Source of the DNA: Octopus vulgaris
Lineage: Eukaryota
DNA length: 64,000 bases
Direction of reading: 5' to 3'
NCBI GenBank assembly: GCA_951406725.2
Contig: OX597817.1
Coordinates: forward strand, 142,414,001 to 142,478,000
This document shows positions 25,385 to 41,192 of the stretch, piece by piece; position 1 is the stretch's first letter, and each line of letters opens with the position of its first letter. Under the pieces are notes generated by a model. It worked only from the letters and a program-made list of their open reading frames with translations, did not search any database and was not told the origin of the DNA. The translations under genes were made by a program, and so were the position numbers.

Positions 25385-26510
25385 TTGTTGTTGTTGGTGG
25401 TGGTGGTGGTGCTGCTGGTGTCGGTCGTCTTCGTCGTGGGGATGATAGTGGTGGTGCTGCTGGTGTCGGTCGTCTTCGTCGTGGGGATGATAGTGGTGGT
25501 GGTGGCGGTGCAGATGGTGGTGACGAAGAAGACGATGGTAGTGATTGTAATGATGGTGGAGGTGGTGGTGGTGGTGGTGGTGGTGGTGGTGGTGGTGGTT
25601 GTAGTGGTGGTGGTGGTGGTAGTGGTGGTTGTGGTGGTGGTGATGGTGGTGGTGGTGGTGGTGATGGTGATGGTGGGGGTGGTGGTGATGGTGGTTGTGA
25701 TGGTTTTGGTGATGGTGGTGGTGGTAGTGGTGATGGTGGTGGTGATGGTTGTAGTGGTGGTGGTGATGGTGGTGGTGGTGGTGGTGGTGATGGTGGTGGT
25801 GATGGTTGTAGTGGTGGTGGTGGTGGTGATGGTGGTGGTGGTGGTGGTGATGGTGGTGGTGATGGTTGTAGTGGTGGTGGTGGTGGTGGTGGTGGTGGTG
25901 GTGGTGGTGATGGTGGTGGTGATGGTTGTAGTGGTGGTGGTGGTGGTAGTGGTGGTGGTGGTGGTGGTGGTGATGGTGGTGATGGTTGTAGTGGTGGTGG
26001 TGGTGGTGGTGATTGTGGTGGTGATGGTGGTGGTGGTGGTGATGGTGGTTGTGATGGTTTTGGTGATGGTTTTGGTGATGGTGGTGGTGGTGATGGTGGT
26101 GGTGATGGTTGTAGTGGTGGTGGTGGTGGTGATGGTGGTGGTGATGGTGGTGGTGATGGTGGTGGTGGTGGTGGTGATGGTGGTGATGGTGGTGGTGATG
26201 GTGGTGGTGGTGGTGATGGTGGTGGTGATGGTTGTAGTGGTGGCGGTGGTGGTAGTGGTGGTGGTGGTGGTGGTGGTGATGGTGGTGGTGGTGGTGATGG
26301 TGGTGGTGATGGTTGTAGTGGTGGTGATGGTGGTGGTGATGGTGGTGGTGGTGGTGGTGATGGTGGTGATGGTGGTGGTGATGGTGGTGGTGGTGGTGAT
26401 GGTGGTGGTGATGGTTGTAGTGGTGGTGATGGTGGTGGTGATGGTGGTGGTGGTGGTGGTGGTGGTGGTTTGTGGTGGTGATGGTAGTAGTAGTAGTAGT
26501 AGTGGTGGTC
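25385..26510. repeat. (GGT)n-derived higher-order repeat with GATGGTTGTAGT punctuations; 45-bp tandem duplication at ~25405-25500
   Basis: Direct reading; units of ~57-66 bp marked by GGTGATGGTTGTAGTGGT. Confidence 0.9.
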
Positions 26511-26689
26511 AGGACATGGATCCGCAGCAGGGTGCAAGAATTCTGACAGTCATGATGATGACGACGACGACAATAACGATCACAGTCTTTGTGGTATGGG
26601 CTGCAGTGGGGGAGTGGTGTTGGCAGGATGCTGCCGGTCGTGGTGTGTTGTCGTTGTGGTAGCGGTGCCAATCGGGATGATCGTAATGC

Positions 26690-27342
26690 TGACACACAAA
26701 CACACGTACACACACCCACACACACAAACAAACACATGTACACAAACATACACGTACACACACACACGCACACACAGACACGTACACAAACAAACACACA
26801 CACGTACACACATACACAAACATACACGCACACACACACGTACACACGCATGTACACTCACACACACAAACATACGTACACACTCTCACAAACACACACA
26901 CACATACACATACACAAACACACGTACACGCTCTCACAAACAAACACACACACACACACACAAACACACGTACACACTCTCACAAACACACACACACACA
27001 CACACAAACACATGTACACACTCTCACAAACACACGTACACACACACAGACGTACACATACACAAACACACGTACACATACACAAACACACGTACACACT
27101 CTCACAAACACACACACACACACAAACACACCTACACACTCTCACAAACACACACACACACACAAACACACGTACACATTCTCACAAACACACACACACA
27201 CACACAAAAACACACGCACACACTCTCACAAACACACACACACACACAAACACATGTACACACTCTCACAAACACACGTACACACACACAGACGTACACA
27301 TACACAAACACACACGCACACACATACAAAGACACGCACACA
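26690..27342. repeat. (CA)n-derived minisatellite (ACACGTACACACTCTCACAAAC units)
   Basis: Direct reading. Confidence 0.88.
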
Positions 27343-27397
27343 TTGTTGTCTATAGTAGTAGAAATACGACCAAGTATTAATGAAGCTGGGTTTTTTT

Positions 27398-27426
27398 TTA
27401 CTACTACCACCACCACCACTACCACT

Positions 27427-27488
<62 letters not shown>

Positions 27489-27806
27489 CATTGCTGCTGC
27501 TGCTGCTGCTGCCGTTGTCGCTGCTGCTCTAATCATGGTTCTTCACTACCAGTTGCTGCTGGTGCTTCCATTCCGAGTCCTACTTCAGCTGTTGCATCTA
27601 GTTCGAATGCTGCTGCGACTACTGCTGCTGCTGCTGCTACCGCCGCTGCTGCTGGTGGCGATGGTGGTGATGGTGGGGATGATGGTGATGGTGGTGATGG
27701 TGGTGATGGTGATGTTATAGCGTTGGCTCTGAGTGGAACGGGTAGGGGGGTTAGTGTGGCGCTGCAGTCAACGGATGGCTGTCGTCGTCGTCGTCATCGT
27801 CGTTGC

Positions 27807-27837
<31 letters not shown>

Positions 27838-28515
27838 GGCGGCGGCGGCGGCGGTGGCAGCGGTGGTGGTTATGTTGATAGTTCTCTTATAATTGCAACT
27901 GCTGCTGCTGCTGCTGCTACTGCTGCCGGTGCAGCTGCTGCTGGTGCCGGTGCTGGTGCAGCAGCCTGATTTAAGGTAAAGGAAGCAATAGAACCAGAGG
28001 AAAGGCGGCGACGACCGTGGTGGTGGTGGTGGTGGTGGTGGCGGTGGTGGCGGTGGTAGCGGTGGTGGTTGCGGCGGCAGCGGAGGTGGTGGTTGCGGCG
28101 AAGACGTTGATGGTGTTGGTGGTGGTGGTGGTGGTGGTGGTGGTGGTAGTGGTGGTGATGATGGTGTGTGTGGTGGTGGTGGTGGTGGTGGTGATGATGA
28201 TGGTGTTGGTGGTGGTGGTGGTGGGGGATGATGATATTGATGCTGATGATGATGATATTGATGCTGATGACGATGATGATGATGATAATGATGATAATGA
28301 TGATAATGATGATAATGATGGTGGTGGTGGTAGTGGTGGTGATGGTGTTGGTGGTGGTGGTAGTGATGATGATAGTAATGGTGGTGGTGATGCTGATGAT
28401 GCTGATGCTGCTGCTGATGATGATGAGGGCAGTGGTGATGATGACGATGGTGGTGGTGGTGACGACGATGGTAAAAGAAGATGATGACGACGACGACGAC
28501 GATGACGATAACAAT
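27398..28515. repeat. compound trinucleotide tract (ACT, GCT, GGT, GAT)
   Basis: Direct reading. Confidence 0.88.
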
Positions 28516-28788
28516 GCTCTCGATGTTGTCTATAGTAACTACTAGAGCTGCCTCATTCTTAGTCCGCTCCCCCCAAACCCTCAATACCGGGACCCCACCC
28601 CACCCCTCCACACGCATACACGGATGCTTGTACCGTGCGAGAGAACAGACTAAAACTGCATTGCATAGGTTTGGATGGATGTGTATAGATGTGTGAGCGT
28701 GTGTGTGTGTGTGTGTATACATGCATCGATGCATGTGTATGTGTATTTATGTATTTATGTATGTATGTATGTATGTATGTGTGTGTGA

Positions 28789-28833
<45 letters not shown>

Positions 28834-29329
28834 TACATATATACGGGCATATGTATGCATATATGTATATGTATAAATATATGATTATGTTGGTGTTGTT
28901 TCTATCCCAGGTCATCCTTGTGATAAAAAAAAGGCGGTCAGTCAGTGACCATCCCGTCTGAGCTATACACTTCATTTATCCTACATGTCCATCCTATATA
29001 TATTTTTTGAACACTTGAGTGCGCGAAATGAGAGGGTTTTGATTGCTCTTTCTAGCATCTCTACTAGCCGTAACGCGCACAGGCCGCTCAATGTGTGTGC
29101 GTGTGTGCATCTGTGTGTGTGCGCGCGCGTTGGTGTGTGTATGTGTGTGTTTGTGTGTTTACATCCATGTAGAACTATAAGTTATAGGAACCACGAAACT
29201 GGATCAAGAGGAAAACTCTCAGCAATAATTCTATATCCAAAGACACAACTGGCACCCCACCCCACCATCACCATTACCATCAATAGCGATTATTATTATT
29301 ATTATTATTATTATTGTTGTTCTTGTTAC

Positions 29330-29404
<75 letters not shown>

Positions 29405-29799
29405 CATTTAATAATAATAATAAACGAAGCCGACTTTGTCGTTACCGACGCCAACGCCACATGCATATCCTCATCGCCATAAGCATCACCACCATCGCCA
29501 CCAACTTCACCGCCGCCACCATCACCACCGCCACTTACCATCGCCGTCAGCATCAACATCAACATCAAATGCATCAACTTCTACTCGGCCAACATCACCA
29601 TCGTTACAACAATCATCTTCCACTCCGTCGTTCACACAAGATTACTTTATGTGATACACACACATACATATACATATACATACATACACACACACATATA
29701 TATATATACACACACACACATATATATGTGTGTGTGTATGTATATATAGATATATAGATGTATGTATGTATGTATGTATGTATGTATGTATGTATGTAT

Positions 29800-29831
<32 letters not shown>

Positions 29832-29946
29832 GGGGGTGGAAGAGAGATATACAGATGTAGTTATAGATATGTCATCGTTATTGCCGACTTCATCACCTTC
29901 ATCATCATTGCTGTTGTCATAGCTATCAATATCGCCTCCATACACG

Positions 29947-29984
<38 letters not shown>

Positions 29985-30244
29985 TGCATGCGTGCACATG
30001 CTAACCATGCAAAAATATGGGTAGTATCTCCGCTATTAGTATCGACGAAACACACATACACACACACAAACACCTGTTTATAGTCATGTAAAAACTCATA
30101 CACACGCATACACACGTATACACATGTAGACATCTACACACATTCATGTGTAGGCAAGCACTAACACATACATATACACAAGAGATATACAAACATCAAT
30201 ACACATATGTGTGTGTGTGTATGTGTGTGTGTGTGTGTGTGTAT

Positions 30245-30432
30245 TTACTCTTTTAGTCTTTTACTTGTTTCAGTCATTTGACAGCGGCCATGCTGGAGCA
30301 CCGCCTTTAGTCGAGCAAATCGACCCCAGGACTTATTCTTTGTAAGCCTAGTACTTATTCTATCGGTTTCTTTTGCCGAACCGCTAAGTTACGGGAACGA
30401 TGTTGGGGGGACAAACACAGACACACAAATAT

Positions 30433-30495
<63 letters not shown>

Positions 30496-30670
30496 CATAC
30501 ATATATACGACGGGCTTCTTTCAGTTTCCGTCTACCAAGTCCACTCACAAAGCTTTAGTCGGGCCGAGGCTATAGTAGCAGACACTTGCCCAAGTACCAT
30601 GCAGTGGGACTGATCCCGGAACCATGTGGCTGGTAAGCAACCTACTTACCACACAGCCACTCCTGCGTCT
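30245..30670 (-). mobile_element. SINE family A (full length)
   Basis: Near-identical architecture to 5929-6347. Confidence 0.92.
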
Positions 30671-30712
30671 ATATATTTATATATATAATATATATATGTG
30701 TGTGTGTATGTG

Positions 30713-30764
<52 letters not shown>

Positions 30765-31465
30765 TATATATGTATATATATAACTGTGCACATATACATA
30801 TACACATGCGTGTACAACTTGTACTCGTATGGAGCCATCTAAACACTAACACACACTCTTATATCTATACACAAACACAAGTACCCGTATGGTGTAAATA
30901 TACATATACATACATGCATGTACAAGCACGTATACATCCGTCAGAGTCAAGTACACTGACGTACGCACACACACACACACCCAAACACAAACACACACAC
31001 ACACACACACACATACGTACGTAAGCAAACTCAGATACAAGCAGGTATATGCATATATGCACGCACACCCAGACAGAAAACACCCGTGTAGATCCTTACA
31101 CACATATTCATACACACAACCGTAAACACATACACTGGTGTACAACGAATTACATACATACACACACTGGCAAACAGACAGTTAAAGTTACCATACACAT
31201 TCGTTGTACAATTCAAACACACGCACATATGTACATAAATACAAACTGCATATACACAAACATGTAAACACACAACAACAGGCACACGTATACACGCACA
31301 TACTTTAATACACGGAGAGATGCTTGGTCCTTAACTAAACAGTCGAACGTTAGGCTTTCTCTGTTTCATTCACTACAATACTTTCCCCAGTTCACTGCCT
31401 TGATATCAATTGATGGTTATTAAAGAAGTCACAGTCACAAACACCACACATATACAAACAATAAA

Positions 31466-31509
<44 letters not shown>

Positions 31510-31671
31510 ATTAATAATTAAGGGTACTATTAATTAATAATTTTTACCTTTAGGGTTTTTTTTATGCATGCTAAACCACTGATATTATTGTAAATAATGG
31601 TATCCTCATATATATTTATATATATAAATATATATATAGACAGGCCGATAGGTAGATAGATAGATAGATAA

Positions 31672-31735
<64 letters not shown>

Positions 31736-31786
31736 TGGATAGATAGATAAATAGATAGATAGATATGTTTTTTCTATATGTGTGTG

Positions 31787-31841
<55 letters not shown>

Positions 31842-33221
31842 GCATGTATATATATATATGTGTGTGTATATTATATATGTGTATTTAAGTATGTGTGTAT
31901 AAACAACTGGTTCTAGGTGCAGCGCACAGACGCAGTGAAAACTCCAAGGTCTCTCTCTCTCTCGCACTTTCTCTCTTTCACTCTCAGTCCCTGTCTCACT
32001 CTGTCACTCTGTCACTCTCTCTCTCTCTCTTTCCCTCATACCTTCTTCCTCTCGCTTCGCTCTCTCTCTCTTTCTTCCTCCGCTCACTCGCATTGTCTTT
32101 TATATCCTCACATCATTCTTCTTCCTCCTCCTCCTGCTCCACCTCCTCCTCTCTTACTCTCCACAACAGACAAACACCTCCCTTCAGATTCTCCTCCTCT
32201 TTCTCTTTCTCTCTCTCTCTTTCTCTCCCTCATGGTCTTTCAATAACTCTCACTGTCTCACTATTCCTCAATGTATGTATCTCTGTCTCTCTTTCTCACT
32301 GTCTCCCTCTCTCTTTTCTCTCTCTCTCTCTCTATCTCTCTCTCTGTCTCTCCCTCTGCGTAACCATTCGTCAGCGGTCTATCTCACTCACGAGAACATG
32401 TTAGCTAGCGTGAAGCACATGGCTTGTTATGTACCCTCACAGTTTTTAAGGAACCAAGCGCTCATACCGAGAAGGGCCAAACGGCTGTTACTCTAATAAT
32501 TGCTCCTACAAACAATAACCGAAGCAACAAGTGAAACAAAACAAAAAAGAAAAGAAAAAAATACCAAAAGCGAAAACAAAATAAAAACATCCACACAAAC
32601 ATACAAAAAAAAATATACAACAAAAGTAACCCCTAAAAAAATCAAATGAAAACAAACCGAAACGAAATTTAAATCCGAAGGAAAAAGGAAAAAAATTATA
32701 CATCACGTTGATTGAAGCTATATACTTGTTTTTTTTTATATACATATTTATATATACATACATATATATATACACATAACTGCATATACTTAATCAAACA
32801 TACATACTAACTTACATACATTCATATACACTTACATACACGCGTACGTAAATACAGGCATATATAAAAACATACACACAAATAATCGTACATATACACA
32901 CAAACAACCATACATACATATATACATACATACACATTTGTATATACATATATGTATATAGATAAAAACAACAGTGAGAATTGCAAGCGTGGAACCGGAG
33001 CTGGATTCCAGTAAGGCTGGAGGGTCATACTTCAAAAGGTAGGTGTATTATTTCGTGAAGGGGACGAAAAAAAAAATGAATAAAGGGATGAAAAGAAAAG
33101 ATGGGTAGAGTTCCGGGTACAGAAAGTGAAAATGAAATAAAATAGGGTGCAACGATACATATATACATACGGGTACTTGAAATTGGCTTCTCAATTATTA
33201 TTACTATTATTAATATTATTA

Positions 33222-33325
<104 letters not shown>

Positions 33326-33413
33326 GTTATTATTATTATTGTTATTGTTATTATTATCATTGCTGTTCTTAATATTGTTCCTGTCGTGTTTGTGGTTCCA
33401 TAAAAACACCTGT

Positions 33414-33444
<31 letters not shown>

Positions 33445-33509
33445 GTGTGTTCTGTAATAGTGTGTCATGTGAGTGCGTGTGTTTCTGATTGTCTATGCAT
33501 GTATGTGTA

Positions 33510-33567
<58 letters not shown>

Positions 33568-34278
33568 TGTGTGTTTGTGTGTGTGTCTGTGTGTGTTTCG
33601 TCTCTAACGAGATATATGCTGTAATTACACCTACTTCCGTATTTTGATCCGAAGACTTTACCGGTGGATGAGTATACTGTATATTTACAACAACACACGT
33701 ATACACATACAGATACATACATACATACATACATACATACATACATACATACATACATACATACATACATACATACATACATACATACATACATACACAC
33801 ACACATACATACATATAGATATACATACAAACATACATGAATATAGCGATACATACATATTGCAGTGGTTTCAGTCGTAAGACTAAGGTCAGGCTAGAGC
33901 ACCATTATAGATATATACACACATGCTTGTATGTATATAAAATATATACCTACAAGTATGTGTGTATGTATGTATATATATATATATGTGTGTGTGTATG
34001 TGTGTGTGTGTGTGTGTATGTATGCACATGCATATATATACACTCATAAGCATATATAAATGGATGTATATATATATATATATGTATATATTATTGAACA
34101 CATGTATAGGTGAATGTTTGTGGTTGTGTATGTTTCTATGTACACAAATTTATGAATATATATGCGTGTGTATATATTTCTAAACATACATATGTGTGTG
34201 TGTGTATATATGTACTACACACGCAACAGATTTCAAACCACATGATGTGTGTGTGTGTGCATGCGTGCTTGCGAGCGA

Positions 34279-34362
<84 letters not shown>

Positions 34363-34731
34363 GTGTGTGTGTAGTAATCTGAGCTTATTTATCAGTGTTT
34401 CTTCTTCAGCATCTTTCGAATGTTCTTTGGTATTTGAAACTGAGACGAATTAAGAATATTTTTTTTTTTGTTCTCCCTCCTTTAGTTTATCCGTATGGAA
34501 GATTATCAGAGAAAGAAAAAAAAAAAAAAAAAAAAAATAAACAACGAAAAATACGATAACCTCATTTCAAATCCATCAACAATAAGTTTGTATCGATACC
34601 CACACAAATATCGATGAATCTACGAGCGAATAAACTATATTGCATTTTATATACACATCTTAACCATTCACAACAAGCACATATCTATATATATATGTTT
34701 ATAAATATATCTATATATCTAAATACATATG

Positions 34732-34800
<69 letters not shown>

Positions 34801-34996
34801 CTGAGAGAAAAGTATGCATGTGTGTGTATGAGATAAAGAGAGAAAGAGAGGGAAGGAGGGAGAGATGCCTGTATATTAGGCTATAATTTTTCTTCCCCTC
34901 TTTTTCTCTCTCAATCTCGTTCTCGTTGTAATCTAGATTTTCCTTCTATCACCGATTCACATGAGATGACGGATGGATAGAAAGAAGAATAAAGAT

Positions 34997-35050
<54 letters not shown>

Positions 35051-35179
35051 CTATATATGAATCTGTGTGTGTGTGTGTGTGTGTTTGTATACACTTGTTG
35101 CTTTCGTTTGCTGCTGCAAGTCGTCTATGAAAGCGAAATTCTTCACGGTGAGGCTATTGTGTAACTAAACATCTCGTGG

Positions 35180-35389
35180 TTGCCTTTGTTGTTGTTGTTG
35201 TTGTTGTTGTTCTTGGGTGTCGTCGGTCGTCCTCGTCGTCCACGTAGTCACCATAACCATCATCATCATCATCATCATCATCGTTGTCATCGTTGCCGCC
35301 GTCACCATCATCTTCATCCCCACCATCATCATAATCATCATCATCATCATCTTCTTCAGTAGCATAACTAACACCATCATTATTACCAA

Positions 35390-35426
<37 letters not shown>

Positions 35427-35456
35427 GTTGTCATCGTTGACGCCGTAACCATCATC

Positions 35457-35509
<53 letters not shown>

Positions 35510-35850
35510 TATCAACATTATCATCATCTTCAGTAGCATAACTAACACCATCATTATTATCAGCATCATCATCATCATCATCATCATCGGCATTGTAGTT
35601 ATTGCGGTTGTAGCCATCATTATTATCAACAACTTTGTTTCATTTGTGCGAATGTGTGCATGTGATTGCCGACCTCGTCATCATCATCATCATCATCAAC
35701 ATCATCATCATCATCATCATATTCGTCATCATCATCATCATCATCATCGTCGTCATCATCATCACCATCGTTGCAATAGCCGATAGCCTTTGTGAATGCT
35801 ATCATTGTCATTATCACCACCCCACCACCCTCCACCTCATCGTTATCATA
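35180..35850. repeat. (ATC)n tract with an internal duplication of CTTCAGTAGCATAACTAACACCATCATTATT
   Basis: Motif at ~35354 and ~35528. Confidence 0.88.
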
Positions 35851-37219
35851 ATAATAATTCTTTCCAATTTCGGTGCAAAGCCATCCATTTTGAGGGGAGG
35901 GGCAAACCGATTACATAGACTCAGTTCTTGGCTGTTAGTTTATTAGTCAATAACAACAATAACAACGACGACGACGATGACGACGACAACGACGACGACG
36001 ATGATGATGATGATGATTTCTTTTATTCGCCGCAGGGGCATAAAAGAGGGGTTGATCATAAGTTCAGGCAACAATTTGTATTGGGATTTCCATAAAGGAT
36101 GGGGCTGGAAAGAAATGGAAAAGATGGTGAAATGTGATAAAGCAGATAAAGGTGTACGAAGTATGTGATAACATGAATGATGTAGTCCCTGTCCCCGCCA
36201 CCTGATATGGGAGAAGCTTCAACTGGGTCTAATCGAGGAGCCCTAAAGATCCAGGATTACTCTGACTCTTTTCCTCCCTCCGCCCCTAAAGGCCCGAGTT
36301 ATCCCAACTGTTTTCGTCACATCGTCACCGTCGCCATCATCATCAACAATTTCTTCATAGACGCCACCTGTATCGTTTTCACTGCTGTCGCCATCATCAT
36401 TACACCACCATCACTACCACTACCATCACCCCCCACTACCACCACCACCTACATCACCATCATCATCATCATCACGATCATCACCGACAACAGCAACGTC
36501 ACCATCGTCTTCAACATCGTCTTATCTTTATATAACTATGTATGCATGTGTATATATAATTGTATATATATATATATCTGTGTGTGTATGTGCATAAATA
36601 TATACACGTACATATAAGTGTGTATGTATGTATATATATGCGTGTGTGTGTTTGTGTGTGTGTTTATGTATATAAAATAACTTTATGTTCCCATACAGAA
36701 CCCGAGGTCCGGTCCAACCGGATATGTGAAACAAAACATCACCTAAAATCTATAAAAGAGAATATGTAATTTGTTTATTAAAACACGCAACGTTGATGGA
36801 AGGCTAAATGTTGATGATGATGATGACGACGACGACGACGACGATGATGATGATGATGATGATGATCACGATGGAGCAAGAGGACAGATGTAAAATAAGA
36901 AGCAGCCATTAAAAAATCCCCATTCCTCGCCCAGCCACCCCCTTTAATTAGCTGACAACCCAGCCAATTAGCCGGTCCCTCACCTCCCGCCAGACAGCCA
37001 CCCAGGACAGCTAGACGGCCCCTGGTCCGACACAGCGCGTGTATCAAGCCACCCGCCAGCCCTGGTATTCCACAAACCTTCCCTACAGTTTGCATAAAAG
37101 AATACAAAAAGAAAACAAGAAAATTAAAGGTACAGGAGGGGCTGTGTATTAAGAAGTTGGTTTCGCAACCACTTGTTTCGGGGTTCAACCCCACATCGTG
37201 ACATCGTGGGCAAGTACTA

Positions 37220-37590
37220 TTGTTTATTTCTTTCATGCATCAGACTGCGGCCCATGGTGGGGTACCACCTTGAATTTTTTAGTCGAATGAATGGACCCTA
37301 TTACTTCATTTTTTTAAAGCCTTGTACTTATTTTATCGGCCTCTTTTGCCAATCCGCTAAGTTACGGGGACAGAAACACACCAGCGCCGGATATCAAGCA
37401 GTGGTGATGGGGCAAACACACACAAAAACACACACACACACACACATACGACGGGCTTTTTTCAGTTTCCATCAATCAAATTTACCTACAAGGCTTTAAT
37501 CAGCCCCCAAGCTATAGTAGAAGACAGTTGCGCAACGCAGTGGGGCTGAACCCGGAACCATGTTGCTGGGAAGCAAGCTTCTAACCACCG
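37220..37590 (-). mobile_element. SINE family A-related copy between plus-strand family A fragments (37135-37215 and 37590-37650)
   Basis: A plus-strand head fragment and tail fragment flank a minus-strand copy, consistent with nested insertion. Confidence 0.75.
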
Positions 37591-37790
37591 ATTTGTTCGA
37601 CTAAAAATTCTTCAATTAGGCGATCCAGCTCGGCTGCAATATAAGTTACTAGAGACAAAATACAAGCAAACGAAAAATATTATAACGTTGGGAATTCTCT
37701 GCATCTGAGATTGGCTCCATCTGGGCCGAACTGTGATTAAAGCTAACAACAATATCGACAAAAATTAAAAAAATATATAAAAAAATAAAC

Positions 37791-38172
37791 GTGTGGTAAG
37801 TAGCTTGCTAACCAACCACATGGTTCCGGGCTCAGTCCCACTGTGTGGCATCTTGGGCAAGTGTCTTCTGTTATAGCCCCGGACCGACCAATGCCTTGTG
37901 AGTGGATTTGGCAGACGGAAACTGAAAGAAGCCTGTCGTATATATATATATGTATGTGTGTGTGTGTGTGTGTTTGTCCATCTAGCATTGCTCGACAACC
38001 GATGCTGGTGTGTTTACGTCCCCGTCACTTAGCGGTTCGGCAAAAAGAGACCGATAGAATAAGTACTGGGCTTACAAAGAATAAGTCCTGGGGTCGATTT
38101 GCTCGACTAAAGGCGGTGCTCCAGCATGGCCGCAGTCAAATGACTGAAACAAGTAAAAGAGTAAAGAGAAAA
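37791..38172 (+). mobile_element. SINE family A
   Basis: GTGTGGTAAGTAGCTTGCTAACCAACCACATGGTTCCGGG...ACTGAAACAAGTAAAAGAGTAAAGAG. Confidence 0.92.
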
Positions 38173-38759
38173 GAGAATAGAATCATTTGCTTGTGGGACC
38201 CATTCTAATAATCTCCTAAAATGGCCTCCCCCTCCTTCTCCTCCTCCTCCTTCTCCTCCGTGTCGTGCGTGGGACAACAACAGACTCCATTGTTAAAATG
38301 TTTTGGCAAGTTTTCGCTGTTCACTTGTTGAATAGCAGCATCAAGCAGGATGTTTACTCCCGCTCTGTATTTTCATCTCTTTGTTTTATGGTATGCTCTA
38401 TGTTGTTGTATATACTTTCGACGCGTGTAGATAAAAATTGCATGTGAGGTGGGGTGGGGGAGATGGTTGAGCGGGAGTATGAAAGGGGAGTTTATATATG
38501 TGATGGATGTTTGCATGGTTGAAAAGATAAATCTTAGTGATGTTTAATTCTCTCTGTCGTTGCATCACGTTCATGGATCTATCTATTAATCTGTCTGACA
38601 GTCTGCCGTTTGTCTGTCGTCTAAACTGTCTCTCACCTTGTCTATCTGTCTGTCTGTCTGTCTCTCTGTCTCTCTGTCTCTCTCTCTCTGTCTCTCTTTA
38701 TCTTTATCTATCTATCTAGCTAGCTAGCTATTGATCTACATATCGATCTATCTGACTGC

Positions 38760-38846
<87 letters not shown>

Positions 38847-38960
38847 CCCTCTCTCTGCGTGTGTATGTACGTATATATATATTATTATATATATATATAT
38901 ATATATCTATGTATATATATATATATACATATATATATAAATGTTATATATGTATATATG

Positions 38961-39009
<49 letters not shown>

Positions 39010-39013
39010 GTTA

Positions 39014-39066
<53 letters not shown>

Positions 39067-39409
39067 TAAATGTGCATATATATATAGATACAGATGAGAG
39101 AGAGAGAGAGAGAAATAGAAAAAAGAAGAGAAATAGAGATAGGGAGGGAGAGAGAGAGACTTATAAAAAGCGCCTCTACAACAATTTTAGATAGAGTCAC
39201 AATATTTGAAGAAAGGTTTTCTTGAATTGAAAAGCATTAAATATATAAAACAGAATTTGAAAAATAACAAAATGGCATAAATCATTTGTGGAAAACAAAC
39301 CCACTTCTATGTACGTATAAACGTATGGATGGATGGATGGATTGACAGTCACAAACGCGCACAATTTGGCTTATCCTATACAGGCGTTTATGCATGATTC
39401 TGTATCTGC

Positions 39410-39451
<42 letters not shown>

Positions 39452-39707
39452 ATTCTGTGCCTGTACACTGGGACAGACTCCGACTCCGCCTCCGCCTGCG
39501 ACTTCTGTGACGGACATTAACCCCGACTTGTTGAAGCTGGGCGTCGGCTGCATCAAGTCTCCAGTTCGGGAGGAACTTCAAAATCAATATGGCCCGGCCC
39601 ACTTCTTCATTCGCTCGTGTATGGGACAAAACGCAGTATATCATTCTTTGTATAGGATATATCTCCGTCTAAGTGCATGTGTATGTGTGTATGTATCTAT
39701 GTATATA

Positions 39708-39752
<45 letters not shown>

Positions 39753-39869
39753 GTATATATCTATGTATATGTATATATGTATATATATATTTATATATAT
39801 ATATATGTATCTATGTATATACATATATGTACATATATCTATATATGTAAATATATAAGTGTATGTGTG

Positions 39870-39907
<38 letters not shown>

Positions 39908-39990
39908 CATACATACCTGGATGTTTTGTGTTCTTGTCCCATTTTTGTATTTTTTATATATAAAAATATAGAGGCGTACGTACACTTTAG

Positions 39991-40046
<56 letters not shown>

Positions 40047-40065
40047 ATGTGTGTGCATATATATG

Positions 40066-40154
<89 letters not shown>

Positions 40155-40197
40155 GCATACATATATGTGTGTGTGTCTTTATATCCTTTATCTGCCA

Positions 40198-40380
40198 TCT
40201 TTTACTTGTTTCAGTAATAAAACCGCGGCCATACGGGGCACCGCCTTGTGGAATTTTTAATGGAACTATTCAACTCCAACAGTTAGTTGTTTTGGGTTTT
40301 TTTTTGTTTTTGTTTTAAGCTTCGTGCTTATTCTACGGATATCTTTTGCCGAACCGCTAGATTACGGCAGCTCAAACACA
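40198..40380 (-). mobile_element. SINE family A-related, 3' part
   Basis: CTTTTACTTGTTTCAGT...GCGGCCAT..GGGGCACCGCCTT...CTTTTGCCGAACCGCTAG. Confidence 0.7.
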
Positions 40381-40381
40381 C

Positions 40382-40517
<136 letters not shown>

Positions 40518-40776
40518 AATATATACGTATGTATGTATGTGTATATGTGTCGATGTATGTATGTATTATCCAGCTATTTACAAAAGTGTATTTTGAATGT
40601 ATGTGTGAGTGTGTGTTCATTCTTAAATGCGAAGTGCTTTAATACACTTTTGTGCAAACACTGTATCGAGTTTTGTAGTATGCACTTGTATGTATTTTCG
40701 CATATTTCCATGTGTGCACTCGTATGTGTGTGTATTTGTGTGTGTGTGTGTGTATGTGTGTGTGTATGCGCACTCG

Positions 40777-40807
<31 letters not shown>

Positions 40808-41063
40808 CCATGCGTCTAGATATGCAACTACATGCATGAAAATATATACATAAGGCAAAACATACAAGTTTGCACATATACATACATACAAACAAAAATA
40901 CCCTTTTGTTGATGTTGAAATTCCAATGAAGAAATCTTGAATCTAGGTTAGAAACCGGCTCTTTCTCTATCGGCCAGAAATATAGAAATAAAACTGAATA
41001 ATGACATACATACATACATGCATACATACATACACATACTCATATATATATACATATATATAT

Positions 41064-41133
<70 letters not shown>

Positions 41134-41141
41134 CTATATTT

Positions 41142-41192
<51 letters not shown>

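Noticed and set aside
25227-26857. Extensin-like, glycine-rich, poly-His and poly-Val ORFs
   Set aside because: Four overlapping frames are open because (GGT)n contains no stops; there is no unique domain or signal peptide, so no CDS is called.
36015-36300. Possible LINE 3' UTR on the minus strand sharing the family C tail (CCCCTGCGGCGAATAAAAGAAAT)
   Set aside because: Similarity is limited to ~25 bp and no ORF motif was found to support it.
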